From the human T2T-CHM13v2.0 reference genome, Homo sapiens: DNA of 64,000 nt. The notes below the pieces were generated by a model. The model searched no databases. It was not told the DNA's origin and worked only from the letters and a program-made list of their open reading frames with translations. Positions 28,995 through 46,843 of this stretch are shown piece by piece (within the stretch, counting starts at the first letter, position 1; every line of letters begins with the position of its first letter). The stretch is from assembly GCF_009914755.1 (NCBI RefSeq), contig NC_060938.1; one strand, 5' to 3'. Made by a program: the position numbers and the translations under genes.

Positions 28995-31900
28995 TAAAAG
29001 TAAAACATAAGAAAAAGCCTTTCATAAGACAATATTTTTTTCTAAAACTGTACAAATAGGAGAGTGAAGCAAGATGGCAGACTAGAGTACTCTACCAGTC
29101 ATCCCCTCTTCCCCTGCAATGACTACTGCAATTTAACAACTATCTACACAAAAAAGCACCTTCATAAGAACCAAAAATCAGGTGAGTACTCACAGTACCT
29201 GGTTTTAACTTTATATCGCTCAAAGAGGCACTGAAGAGGTAGGAAAAACAGTCTTGAATCATCAATGATACCCTTCTCCCATCCCCTGGCAGTGGCCACA
29301 CTGCATGAAGAGAGAATCTATGTGTTTGGGAGAGGGAGAGCACAGCAATTGTGAGACTCTGCATTGAACTCAGTGCTGCCCTGTTTTAACAGCAGGCAAA
29401 ACCAGACTGAACTCAGTGCATGCTCGCCCACAGTGGGTGTATTTAAACCATCTCTAGCCAGAGCAGAAATGCCCATCCTAGAAGTCAGAACTTGAATTAC
29501 AGCAAGACTTGTCACCTCAGGCTGGAGTGTGCTGGGGCCCAAATAAACTTGAAAGGCAGTCTAGGCAACAAAGGCTGCAACTCCTAGGTGAGTCCTAGGG
29601 CTGAACTGGGCTCAGAGCCAGCAGACTATAGGCACACATGACCTACTGAGATACCAGCCAGGACAGCTAGGGGAGTGCTGATGCCACCTCTCCCCTAATC
29701 CCAGGCTGCACAGCTTGTAGCTCCAAAAGAGACCCCTTCCTTCTGCTTAAGGAGAAGAAAGGAAAGACTGGGAAAGACTTTGTCTTGCATCTTGGATACC
29801 AGCTCAGCCACAGGAGGACAGGGCCCTGGTCAGAGTTGTGAAGCTCCCTTTCCAGGTCCCAGCTCTTGGATGACATTTCTAGATACACCCTGGGCCAGAA
29901 GGGAAACTGCTACCTCTATGGGAAAGACCTAGTCCTGGCAGCATTTATCAACTGCTAAGTGAAGAGCCCTTGGGCCTAGGTAGTACATTGTAGGACTTGA
30001 GTGAGACTCCGAGACTTGCTGACTTCAGGTGAGACTAAGCACATTCTTAGCTGTGGTGGCTATGGGGTGAGACTCCTTCTGCTTGAGAAAAGTAGAGGGA
30101 AAAGTAAAGGGGACTTTGTCTTGCACCATAGGTACCAGCTCTGCCAGAGAAGGGTAGAACACCAAGCGGGTTTTGGGGGGGCCACAATTCTAGGCCTTGG
30201 CTCTTGTATGGCATTTCTGGACCTTACCTGGGCCAGAGGCAAGCCCACTATCCTGAAGCATGAGTCCCAGGCCAGAAAGCATTCACTACAAGCTGATGGA
30301 AGAGCCCTTGGGCCTTAAGAGAACATGAGCAGTAGCCTGCCAGTACTCCCTGTGGGCCTGTGGTAGCAGTGGCCATGGGGTGAGGCTCCTCTATCTGGTC
30401 CTGGAGGAATTCACCATCCTAAAGGGAAGAACACAGGCCCAGCTGGCTTAGCCACCTCTGATTTTAGAGCCCCAGGGCCTTAAGTGAACATAGGCAGTAG
30501 CCAGGGAGTGGTTACAGCAAGTGTTGGGAGAGACCCAGTACTGTGCTGGCTTCATGTCTGACACAGCACAGTGCCAGTGGTGGTGGCCCCTGAGGGTGGT
30601 TGCGTCACTCCACCCCCAGCCCCAGGTGGCTCAGAACAGAGAGACGGACTCCATTTGTTTGGGAGAAGGTAAGAGAAGAGAACACCTTTAACGCCCAGAC
30701 ACAGACAAACATCCAACAGTATCAACAGTGTCCTGGAAAAGATGACCTCACCAAATGAACCAAATAAGACACCAGAGACCAATCCTGGAGAAACAGAGCT
30801 ATGTGTCCTTTCAGACAGAGAAATCAAAAGAGCTGCTTAGAGAAAACTCAAAGAAATTCAAGATAACACAGGGAAGGAATTCAGAATTCTACCAGATAAA
30901 TTTAAGAAACAGAAATAATTAAAAAGAATCCAGCAGAAATTCTGGAGCTCAAAAATGCAACTAAACTAACATATGTAGAATACATCAGAGTCCTTTAAGA
31001 GCAGAAATGATCAAGCAGAAGAAAGAATTACTGAGCTTGAAGACAGGCTATTCATAAACAGTCAGAGGAAACAAAAGAAAAATGAAAAAAAAAAACAATG
31101 AAGCAGGCCTACTAGGATCTAGAAAATAGCCTCAAAAGGACAAATCTAAGAGTTACTGGCCTTAAAGAGGAGATAGAGAAAGAGATAGGGATAGAGTGTA
31201 TTCAAAAGATAGTAACAGAGAATTTCCCAAACTTAGAAAAAGATATCAATATCCAAGCACAAGGTTATAAAACACTATGCAGATTTAACCCAAAGAAGAT
31301 TACTTCAAGGCATAATCAAACTCCCAAAGGTCAAGGATTTAAAAAAAAGGATCCTAAAAGCAAGAGAAAAGAAATACAACACACAATGTAGCTCCAATAC
31401 ACCTAGCAGCTGACTTTTCAGTGGAAACCTTACAGGACAATAACATGACATATTTAAAGTGCTAAATTAAAAAAAAAAACCTTTTACCCTAGAATAGTAT
31501 AACTGGTGAAAATATCCTTCAAATATGAAGGAGAAATAAAAACTTCCCCAGACAAACAAAATCTGAGGAATTTCATCAACACCGGATCTGTCCTACAAGA
31601 AATGCTAAAGAGAATGCTTCAATCAGGAAGAAAAGGACACTAATGAGCAATAAAAATTCATCTAAAAGTACAAAACTCATTGCTAATGGTAAGTACACTG
31701 TAAAACACAGAATATAATGCTTAACTGTGCTGTGTAACCTACTCTTAAGTAGAAAGACTAAACAATGGACCAATCAAAAATAATAACCACAACAATTTTT
31801 CAAGACACAGATGGTACAATAAGATATAAATAGAAGCAATAAAAAGTTAAAAAGCAGGAGATGAAGTTAAACTAGAGTTTAACTTGACAGAGTGTAGAGT

Positions 31901-33605
31901 TTTTATTAGTTTTCCTTTGCTTGTTCGTTTATGCAAACAGTGTTAAGTTGTTATTGGCTTAAAATAACAAGTTATAAGGTAGTATTTACAAGCATCATGG
32001 TAACTTCAAATCAAAAAACAAAACAAATACACACAAAAAAATTTTAAAAAAATTAAATCATATCACCAGAGAAAATCACCTTCACTAAAAAGATGACAGG
32101 AAGGAAGACCACAAAACAACCAAAGAACAAATAACAAAATGGCAGGAGTAAGTCCTTACTTATCAATAATAACATTAAATATAAACAGACTAAACTCTCC
32201 AGTCAAAAGACACAGAATGGCTGAAGAGATTAAAAAAAAATAATAAGATCCCATGATCAGTTGCCTAAAAGAAACACACTTCACCTATAATGATATACAA
32301 AGACTGAAAATAAAAGGATGGAAAAAGATAATCCATGCCAATGGAAACCAAAAAGAGCAGGAGTCGTTATACTGATATCAGACAAAATAGATTTCAAGAC
32401 AAAAACTGTAAGAAGAGACAAATAAGGTCACTATACAATGATAAAGGGGTCAATATAGCAAGAAGATATAACAATTGTAAATATATATGCACCCAACACT
32501 GGAGCACCCAGGTATATAAAGCAAATATTATTAGGGCCAAAGATAGAGATAAACTCCAACACAATAACAGCTGAAGATTTCAACAACCCACTTTCAGCAA
32601 TGGACAAATCTTCTTGACAGGAAATCCGCAAAGAAACCTCAGATTTAATCTGCACTACAGACAAAATGGGCCTAATAGATATTTACAGAACATCTCATTC
32701 AATGGCTGCAGATACACATTCTTCTCCTGAGCATATGGATCATTGTCAAGGATAGACTTTAGGTTAAGTCATAAAACAAGCCTTATAACATTTAAACAAA
32801 AAATCTGAAATAATATCAAGCATCTTCTCTCACCACAATGGAATAAAACTAGAAATCAATAACAAGAGCAATTTTGGAAACTATACAAACACATGGAAAT
32901 TAAACAATATGCTCCTGAATGACCAGTGGGGTCAATGAAGAAATTAAAAAAGAAATTTTAAAATTTCTTGGAAAAAAACCATACCCAAACCCTTGGGATA
33001 CACTGAAAGCAGTACTAAAAGGAAAGTTTATAGCAATGAGCACCTACATCAAAAAGTGGAAAAACTTCAAAGAAACAACCCAATGATACACCTAAAGAAC
33101 TAGAAAAGCAAGAGCAAACCAAACCCAAAATTAGCAGAAGAAAAGAAATAATAAAGATCAGGGCAGAAATAAATGAAATTGAAATGAAGAGAACAATACA
33201 AAACATCCAGGAAACAAGTTGGTTTTCCGAAAAGTTAAACAAAATTGACAAACCCTTAGTCAGACTAGCTAGGAAACAAAGAGAGAAGACCCAAATAAAA
33301 TCAGAGATGAAAAAGGAGACATTACAATTGATATAGCAGAAATTCAAAAGGTCATTAGTAGCTACTATGAGCAACTATATGCCAATAAATTGGAAAATTT
33401 AGAAGAAATGGACAAATTCTTAGACACATACAACCAACCAAGATTGAACCATGAAGAAATTCAAAACCTAAATGGACCAATAACAAACAAGGAGATTGAA
33501 GCTATAATACAAAGGCTTCCAGAAAAAAAAAAAAAAAGCCAAAGCTCGGGACCCAATGGCTTCACTGCTGAATTATACTAAACATTTAAAGAACTAATAC
33601 CAATT

Positions 33606-33924
33606 ATCAGGGAAATACAAATCAAAACCGCAATGCAATTCCACCTTACTCCTGCAAGAATGGCCATAATTTAAAAAAATAACAGATGTTGGCATGGATG
33701 TGGTGAAAAGGGAACACTTTTACACTGCTGGTGGGAATGTAAACTAGTACAACCACTATGGAAAACAGTTGGAGATTCCTTAAAGAACTAAAAGTGTATC
33801 TACCATTTGATCAAGCAATCTCACTACTGGTGCACACACGTTTATAGTAGCACAATTTGCAATTGCAAAAATACAGAACCAGCCCAAACGCCCATGAATC
33901 AACAAGTGGATAAGAAAATGTGTT

Positions 33925-33955
<31 letters not shown>

Positions 33956-34337
33956 TACATATATATATGTATACATACACACACATTGTGGAATACTACT
34001 CAGCCATAAAAGGAAAGAAATAATGGCATTCAAAGCAACCTGGATGGAGCTGGAGACCATTATTCTAAGTAAAGTAACTCAAGAATGGAAAATCAAACAT
34101 CATATGTTTCTAAGTGTAAGCTAAGCTATGAGGACACAAAAGCATAAGAATGAAATAATGGGCATTGGGGGCTTGAGGGGAAGGGTAAAAGGAGGGTGAT
34201 GGGATAAAAGACTATACATTGGGTACAGTGCATAATGCTCAGGTGATGGGTGCAGAAATCACCACTAAAGAACTTACCCATGTAACCAAATCCCACTTGT
34301 TCCCCAATAACCTATTGAAATTTAAAAAAAAAAAAAA
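33606..34337 (+). mobile_element. 5'-truncated L1PB 3' end nested in ORF2 of the L1MA
   Basis: L1PB-type 3'UTR with A tail; host ORF2 resumes afterwards; degenerate TSD aatac(c/t)aat. Confidence 0.85.
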
Positions 34338-37204
34338 CATGAATACTAATCCTACTCAAACTATCCTGGAAAATAGAGGAGAAAGGAGTAATTCCAAACT
34401 CATTCTACAAAGCCAGTATTACCCTGGTATAAAAACCAGACAAAGGCATATCAAGAAAACAACAGGCCAATATCATTGATGAATATCAATTGATGCAAAA
34501 ATCCTCAACAAAATATTAGCAAACCAATTCAACAATACATTAAAAAGATCATTGATCATGTCCATGTATGATTTACCCCAAGGATGCGAGGATGGTTCAA
34601 CATACACAAATCAATCAATGTGATACATTATATCAACACAATAAAGGACAAAAACCATATGATCATTTCAACTGATGCTGAATAGCATTTGATAAAACTC
34701 AACATCCCTTCATTAAAAAAACCCTCAAAAAACTGGGTGCAGAAGGAATATACCTCAACATAACAAAGCCATATATGCCATAGCCACAGCTAGTGTCATT
34801 CTGAATGGGGAAAAAGTCTTTTCTCTAAGATCTGGAACGTGACAAGGATACCCACTGTCATGACTATTATTCAACATAGTACTGGAAGTCCTAGCTAGGG
34901 CAATCAAACAAGACAAAGAAATAATAGGCATCCAAATTGGAAGGGAAGAAGTCAACTTATCTTTGTTTGCAGATGATATAATCCTATATTTGGAAAAACT
35001 AAAGACTCCATCGAAAAACTATTCAAGCTGATAAACAAATTCAGTAAAGTTGCAAGACAAATCAAAATACAAAAATCAGCAGCATTTTTATATGCCAACA
35101 GTGAACAATCTGAAAAAGAAATCAAGAAAGTAATCCTATTTACAATAGCCACAAGTAAAATTAAATACCCAGGAATTAACTAAAGAAGTGAAAGATCTCT
35201 ACGATGAAAACTATAATACATTGATGTAAGAAACTGAACTGAACACACAAAAATAGAAAGATGTCCCATGTTGATGGACTGGAAGAATCACTGTTGTTAA
35301 AATGTTCTTAATACCCAAAATAACTACAGATTTAATGCAAGCCCTATCAAAATACCAATGATATTCTTCACAGAAATAGAAAAAATAATTCTAACATTTA
35401 TATGGATTCACAAAAGACCCAGAATAGCCAAAGCTATTCCTAAGCAAAAAAAGAACAAAACTGGAGGAATCACATTACCTGACATCAAATTATACTATAG
35501 AGCTATAGTAACCAAAGTGACATGGTACTGGCATAAAAACAGGCACATAGACCAATGGAACAGAATACAGAATGCAGAAATAAATCCGTACATCTACAGT
35601 GAATTCGTTTTCGACAAAGGTTCCAAGAACATACATTGGGGAAAGAATAATTTCTTCAATAAATGGTGCTGGGAAAATTGGATATCCATAGGCAGAATGA
35701 AACTAGGCCCCTATCTCTCATCATATACAAAAATCAATTCAAAATGGATTCCAGACGTAAATCTAAGACCTTAAACTATGAAACTACTACAAGAAAACAC
35801 TGGGGAAACTCTACAGGACACTAGACTGGGCAAAGACTTCTTGAGCAATATTATCCCACAGGCACAGGCAACCACAGCAAAAATGACAAATGGGATCACA
35901 TCAAGACAAAATGGTCCTGCACAGCAAAGGACACAATCAACAAAGTGGAGAGAGAGCCCACAGAATGGGAGAAAATATCTGCAAACTACCCATCTGACAA
36001 GGGATTAATAACCAGAATATATAAAGAACTGATACAACTCTGTATCAGTAGGAAAAAATCTGATTTAAAAAATGGGCAAAAGATCTGAATAGACATTTCT
36101 CAAAAAAATACATACAAACAGCAAACAGGTACATGAAAAGGTGCTCAACATCATTGATCATCAGAGAAATGCAAATCAAAACTACAATTAGGTATTATTC
36201 CATTCCAGTTAAAATGGCTTTTATCCAAAAGGCAATAACAAATGCTGGTGAGGATGTGGAGAAAAGGGACCTCTCGTATACTCTCAGTGGGAATGTAAAT
36301 TAGTGCAACCACTATGGAGAACAGTTTGGAGGCTCCTCAAAAAACTAAAAATAGACATATCTTACCATTCAGCAATGTGACTCCTGAGTACATTCCCAAA
36401 AGAATATCAGTATACCAAAGAGATATCTGCACTCGCAGATTTATTGTAGCACTATTCATAACAGCCAAGATTTGGAAGCAACCTCAGGGTCCATCAACAG
36501 ATGAATGAATAAAGAAAATATGGTACATACACACAATGAAATACTATTCCGTCATAAAAAAAAGAATGAGATTCTGTCATTTTTAACAACATGAATGGAA
36601 CTGGAGGTCATGATGTTAAATTAGATAAGCCAGGCACAGAAAGACAAAAAGCACATGTTCTCACTTATCTGTGGGAGCTAAAACTTAAAACAATTGAACT
36701 CATGGAGATAGAGAAAAGGATGGTTACCAGAAGCTGGGAAGGGTAGTGGAAGAGGACTATTGAAAAAACTGGATATCCATATGCTGAATGAAACTAGACT
36801 GCTATCTTTCACCATATACAAAACCCAGTACAGCCTCTGGTTGTACTAATTTACATTCCCACCAAGAGTGTACAAGAGGTCTCTTTTCTCCACATCCTCA
36901 CCAGCATTTGCTACTGCCTATCTTTTGGATAATAAAAGCCTTTTTAACTGGAAATGGTGGGGAGGGGGGAAGTAGGGATGGTTAATGGGTACAAAAACTA
37001 GTTTGAAAGAATAAAGAAGACCTAGTATTTGCCAGTATAACAGGGTGATATAGTAAAAAATAATTTAATTGTTCATTTAAAAATAACTAAATGAGTAAAT
37101 TGGATTGTTTGAAACACAAAGGGTAAACACTTGAGGTAATGGATACCCTATTTACTCTGATGTGACTACTATGCATTGCATGTTTGTATCAAAATACCTC
37201 ATGT

Positions 37205-37505
37205 GGCCAGGTGCAGTGGCTCATGCTGTAATCTCAGCACTTTGGGAGGCCAAGGCAGGAGGATCACTTGAGCTCAGGAGTTCGAGACCAGCCTGGGCAA
37301 CATGGTGAAACCCTGTCTCTACAAAAAAATACCAAAATTATCCGATGTGGTGGCACATGCCTGTAGTCCTGGCTACTTGGGAAGCTGAAGCAAGAGAATC
37401 ACTTGAGACCGGCAGGCGGAGGTTGCAGTGAGCCGAGATCACATCATTGCACTACAGCCTGGGTGACGGAAGTGAAACTCTGTCTAAAAAAAAAAAAAAA
37501 ACAAA
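37205..37505 (+). mobile_element. Alu (J/S) in the L1MA 3'UTR
   Basis: Dimer; TSD remnant ctcatgt. Confidence 0.93.
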
Positions 37506-37556
37506 AGCTCATGTAACCCATAAATATATTCATCTACTATGTACCCAGAAAAATTA

Positions 37557-37928
<372 letters not shown>

Positions 37929-38385
37929 CTAAATAATATACACAAAGCACTATCAAATCATGTCTCATTCAGTCCTCACAATAACTGTCTGCAGCAGATG
38001 CTACTATGAGCTACATTTTATGCATGCAGAAACCGAAGAACAGAGAAGTTAACCTATGTCAGTAAGAAATCAACCAATGATTTGAAGCTGGGCAGGCTGA
38101 CCTTCCAGAATGGACATGCTTTATAACAAGTTTCACCCTGGATTAAGCACGTGAACTGAACTTCGGCCACACTAGTCTCAGCAAGATGTAAACTTTTAGC
38201 AGTGGACTCAAAATGCTGTATGCATAATGACTGAACAATAAAACAGAACAATCCAGTAAATCCTCAGCTCACAAATCACCCTGCCCTGTACCAGCAAAAA
38301 ATGGAAAAATGTGTATGAACATATACTACCTTTGACTGATCTAGATTTTATTTCAAGTATCACCCTTATTATAAAACATACTCAC

Positions 38386-38524
38386 AAACATTTCCAGTAG
38401 TGCATCTGTTATTATTTGAACTATGTCTTGTGCATGTGTGCTAGCTAGTGGGATGCTCTCTATTTTGCCTTCTGTGTGTCTGGCAAGCAGCAGGGCTGGA
38501 AGACTTGCAGCATATTTGGTTGAC
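38386..38524 (-). CDS. TXNDC16: TXNDC16 coding exon (139 nt, phase 2 to 0): [46 protein letters not shown]
   Basis: ccatag| acceptor, |gtgagt donor; contained in ORF 38353..38559(-). Confidence 0.95.
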
Positions 38525-40151
38525 CTATGGAGAAAGGCAGTATTAAAATTCACGATCAAAATCTAGCATGTCAAAAACATGAAAATCTAGGCTAGGAGGT
38601 CACAGTGTGAGGCAGCAAATGGGAATTCCTACTGCTAAGGAAAAAAATGAACTCCATTTCCAGGCAAACTTATCTTCTATGACAACCTACATTAAAAGAA
38701 AGAAACAGGTAATGATCTATAACAAACTAGATTTTTAAAAAGCAACAAGGCAGTAATCTAGCCATATTTTTTTCTATACAACTTACTCAACAAGAAAATA
38801 AATCAGATTTGGAACACAGTGAATGGTTCTCGACCTTTCTGGACTTGCTCACCACAATGCTGAGTAAGAAAATGGGCATTTATGAGAAACCTACTATCTG
38901 CCAGGCACTATACTAGGTATTTCAATTATGTTTTTATTTAACTTTCAGAATGAAAGTGGCCATTATGACCTCATTTTGCAGATTAAGAAATAGGACTTAG
39001 AGAGTGATAAATGGCAGACACAGACTTCAAATGAGGTGTCCCTGACACAGTCTGTTCCTGACATAGTCTGTACTCTCTCCACTGAAACAAGAGCCCAAAT
39101 CCACCCTCCCACAATCCCTTTCGCTAACTAAACCTAAAAGAAAATTATCTAAATAGAAGAAAGCTTTGTGTAAAATTACTAGTGAAGTAGTCATGTATAA
39201 TAACTTAATTCATGCCAGAACAAAGTATAGACATTATAACAACATAAGCATTAGTTGAGAGGCCAGTTTTCAGGTCACTTAAAGGAACCTCTTAGTTGAC
39301 CAGTTGGTTATAAACAAAACACACTCTGAAAACTACTGGTCTAGCTCTTTGGACCACAGCTAGACGCACAATGACAGCAGAGTAGAAGATCATGGGTGAT
39401 TACCCATTGTCAGATGGACAGTCCTCATATTTCCTTCTTTAATATATACTTTATGAAAATCAGTGATTTCACATATAGAACAAAAGCCTGATCACCAAGA
39501 GCATATGTCACCAGTGTTCAAGATGAAAGATTTAAGCTTAGAAATCACAATTAGGAATTTATAGTCAGAAGCTAAGAAAGACAAACTACTGGGGCTTAGT
39601 AAGTACACCTATACCTGAAAATGGGCCATAGAGAATGTGATATGTATTAATAATAATCTCCAAATTTGCAGTTCAGTCCTTCATTCTATAGCAACTAAAA
39701 TATTTTGGTAGTCCATAGAAGTCCCACCTTCTACAGATAAGGTAATTTAAGAAGCTAAAAAAGCACTGATTTTTATACACACACGTACCCACTCACCCAC
39801 CCAGGGGGTAAATAAAACCTCAGATGCTCAAAAAGAAAAATTTATCCCAAACTATGATAACTCCAAAGAACCACATTGTAGGTAATAGAACCCAAAGAGG
39901 AAAATTTTTATAGGAGGATGGTGAAGTACGAATCCAAGACTGCCCCATGGGGTCTTTGGTCTAAAATAAAAGAATAGCTAAAGAATCTAAAGTATTTCCC
40001 AGGTACTTTATTTCCTAGAAGGAAATAAAAAAAATTTCTTTAGATTGCTACCTTATTTTCCTCCATCAGCTGTGTAAATATAAGCAATTATTAGATAACA
40101 TTATTTTGCATAATTTCTCCCTCCCTAAAATTAAAAGAGCAATAAACTTAC

Positions 40152-40236
40152 AGTAGCAAAACATCTTCTTCAGAATAAATTCCAGTGATAACATATCCTT
40201 TTAGGTAGTTTCCTGCTTCACTAAAATCTTCTTTTG
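40152..40236 (-). CDS. TXNDC16: TXNDC16 coding exon (85 nt, phase 1 to 2): (A)KEDFSEAGNYLKGYVITGIYSEEDVLL(L)
   Basis: atag| acceptor, |gtaagt donor, in frame; too short for the ORF track. Confidence 0.93.
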
Positions 40237-41338
40237 CTATAAATACATAGAGAAGACAAAAATCTGAAACCTTTATAATTATGTATGCTATTCAACTGAT
40301 GAAGAGATTTATAGGTGGTAGTATTTCATTATTAATTAATTACAAAAATATTTAAGTGCAGATGTCTTATATAATTTAGTGGTTCCAAAATAAATCTGTA
40401 TTCTCTTTATGACATGGGATTACTAAAGAAATGTCAATTGATATAATGCAACATGGCTTCCAAAACAAATGTACTCTAAATGTAATTCATAAGCTTTATA
40501 GCACTCTAATCATAATTACTGAATAAATACTTTTTGCCTTTTAATTTACTCCTATGGCAGAGTAAATGGAGACAGCTGTCTTATGTGTAGCCTGAAAAGA
40601 GAAGTAGGTATGTGAAATGATATGCACATTATAACCATAAAATCTGAAAGTATCTATATGCATAAAAAATAGCAGACTGAAAATTCTAGCCCTCTAACAG
40701 TGTCTGTGTTAGGGTTGTGCAAGTAGAAGGGATTCTGTGTCTTTTAAAAAACAATTCCTACATTTTCTCTAATGTGTTTTCATTAGTTTTGAACTTTGAT
40801 TAATTTGTATTGTCTTTTCTCATTTGTTAGGATACACATATTCAAAATACAAGCTATTTCTACAAATTTCTGAATACATTTTCATTAATAATAGCATACT
40901 GTGGATCTTGTTAATAATGACTATCCTATAACCAAGAAGCAAGTCTGAATTAAATCATTGTAGACTAATGAGAAAAGCACAGAGGTGGACTTATAGGTCA
41001 AATTCTTGCCAAGTGAAGGCCAAATGATAATTCAATTCATACATGAAAGATTCACAGCAGTCAAACAGAAAAACACTCATGGAAGAATGAGTCACATAGT
41101 ACCTACTAGGCTAGGCATGCTGAACCCAAAGATCTGTACCTCAGCAGTCAGCACTACATTCATGATGTAAGCATTCAACATTGTCAACATTGGGTAACCA
41201 CAAGATTATTTTCTTTAAAAAGGGTACATACTTTCCCTAAGATTGAGCAATACTGTCTGTAGGAAAGCAAACTTACTAGAGTAGCTCAGTAGGCAGCATG
41301 GGGAGCTCATTTACAATCACAGATTTAATGAGACAACT

Positions 41339-41622
41339 GGCCAGGTGCGGTAGCTCACGCCTGTAATCCCAGCACTTTGGGAGGCGAGGTGGGTGGATCA
41401 CTTGAGGACAGGAGTTTGAGATTAGCCTGGCCAACATGGTGAAACCCCATCTCTACTAAAATACAAAAATTAGCTGGGCATGGTGGCATGTGCCTGTAGT
41501 CCCAGCTACTCAGGAGGCTGAGGCATGAGAATCGCTTGAATTTGGGAGAAGGAGATTGCACTGAGCTGAGATCATGCCAGCCTGGGCCACAGAGCGAGAC
41601 TCTGTCTCAAAAAAAATAAAAA
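41339..41622 (+). mobile_element. AluSx-like
   Basis: Dimer with a small right-arm deletion. Confidence 0.94.
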
Positions 41623-42364
41623 GAGAGACGAGAGACAGAGAGAAAATTTATTAAAATATTTTTTTAGCCCATGCTACATCAAAGTAGAAAAGACACATGA
41701 GATTATAAACTAGAAAGGACTGTGTGTCTGTACTTTCATTTCTAAGAGTGAACAGAGTGAAATTCCAGTCAATGGATAAACTATATCTAAAGCAATGACA
41801 TAACAGAATCTGTTTCAGCTTCTTTTCATTTTAGGTAAGTAGCAATAGAAAAGTACACCATTATTTCCATATAATTTCCTCATACAAAAGACTCTCTACT
41901 TATGAATATGTCTCTTAAAAAGTCTCTTCGTAAATCCATGTGTTTGTAAATCCTAAGTGACTCACAGGATGGGAAAATATATGACTGTAGATCTCAGATG
42001 CATATCCATTTCCACTAAACTAGAATACATATTTTCCTCTGAACATTCAAAACCAGGCATATTCTCCTCCTTGGTAAAAACTGTATATATGCCAAAATAT
42101 ATGGCAACCTCAAATACAAGAAAGTACTCAATTATCTGAATAAAAATATGCACAAAAAGCTTTTCAGCTACTATAAATATATTTTAATTGCATAAAATAA
42201 ACATATTTATTTAGCAATATTATTTTTTCTACTATCACATCTTATTGAATAATTATTTTTATAGACACACACACATACATACATCTGTTTTTTAGCTCTG
42301 TCAGCAGGGAGAGCTGAGAAGCAAGAAAACCCCAGTAACTAAAAGCACTCCTAACCCCTATATT

Positions 42365-43510
42365 ATACAAACTAGAAAACCTGAAAGAGATGGATAAACT
42401 CCTGGACACATACACACTACCAAGACTGAACCAGGAAGAAATTGATTCCCTGAACAGACCAGTAACAAGTTCTGAACTTGAATCAGTAATAAATAGCCTA
42501 CCAACCAAAAAAAGCCCAGGACCTGATGGATTCACAGCCAAATTCTACCAGACATACAAAGAAGAGCTGATACCATTCCTATTGAAACTATTCCCAAAAA
42601 TTAAGGAGGCGGGACTCCTCCCCAGCTCATTCTATGAAGCCAGCATCATCCTGATACCATAACCTGGCAGAGACACAACAAAAGAAGAAAATTTCAGGCC
42701 AGTATTCCTGATCAACATTGAAAATCCTCAACAAAGTATGCAAACTAAATCCAGTAGCACATCAAAAAGCTAATCTACCACAATCAAGTAGGCTTCATCC
42801 CTGGGATGCAAGGTTAGTTCAACATATGCAAATCAATAAATGTGATTTATCTCATAAACAGAACTAAAGACAAAAATCACATGATTATCTCAGTAGATGT
42901 AGAAAAGGCCTTCAATAAAATACCCCTTCATGTTAAAAACTCTCAATATACTAGGTACTGAAGAAACACACCTCAATAAGAGCCATCTATGACAAACCCA
43001 CAGTCAACATCATACTGAATGGGCAAACGTTGGAAGTAATCCCCTTGAAAACTGGCACAAGACAAGGACACCCTCTTTCACCACTCTTACCCAGTGCAGT
43101 CTTGGAAGTCCTAGCTGGAGAAATCAGGCAAGAGAAAGAAAAAAAGAGCATCCAGGCTGGGCACAGTGGCTCACTCCTGTAATCTCAGCACTTTGGGAGG
43201 CCGAGGTGGGAGGATAACGTGAGCTCAGGAGTTTGAGACCAGCCTGGGTAACACGGCTAAACCCCATCTCTACTAAAAATGCAAAAATTAGATCTCTGCA
43301 AGGAGAATTATAAAACACTGTTCAAAGAAATCAGAGAAAACACAAACAAATAGAAAAACATCCCAAGCTCATGAATGGGAAAAAACAATATCATTAAAAT
43401 GGCCATACTGCCCAAAGCAATCTATAGATTCAATGCTATTCCTATCAAACTACCAATGATATTTTTCACAGAACTAGAAAAAAAGTATTTCAAAAATCGT
43501 ATGAAAGTCA
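42365..43510 (+). mobile_element. L1PA/PB ORF2 fragment containing an Alu left arm (43155-43291)
   Basis: ORF 42390..42662 [18 protein letters not shown]...[14 protein letters not shown] is L1 ORF2. Confidence 0.9.
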
Positions 43511-43519
43511 AAGAAGGTT

Positions 43520-46470
<2,951 letters not shown>

Positions 46471-46843
46471 TGTTAAAAGAAAAACTTTGAACTAAATTTA
46501 ATAGAGTTTAACCGATCAAAGAACCATTTGCGGCTGGGCAGCCCCCCCAAACCAGAATAGGTTCATGGCAACCTCAGTGCTACCATGAAGTCAGAAAGGA
46601 TTTACAGACAGTAAGAGGAAGTGAGGTGAAGAAATAGCTGGATTGGTTACAGCTTGGCATTTGTCTTATTTGAACAGGATTTGAACAGTTGGCCACCTTT
46701 GATTGACCAAAACTTGGTGAGTGGTATAAGAGTTGGTTATAGTCTGTTTATACATTTAGTTAGGTTACAGTTCACTACTTATAGAGAAACCTTTAGTCTG
46801 AACTTAAAATATATACGGAGGCAGCTTTAGGCTAAATTTAACA
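46471..46843 (-). mobile_element. MER57-type ERV1 5' LTR
   Basis: Minus strand starts tgttaaatttagcctaaagctgcctcc and ends ttttaaca; CCAAT box; followed by tggtgtcagaa PBS. Confidence 0.85.

Noticed and set aside
29640-30480. Repeated units (gactttgtcttgca; gagcccttgggcct) resembling an array
   Set aside because: These are the normal degenerate tandem repeats of old L1 5'UTRs, not CRISPR-like
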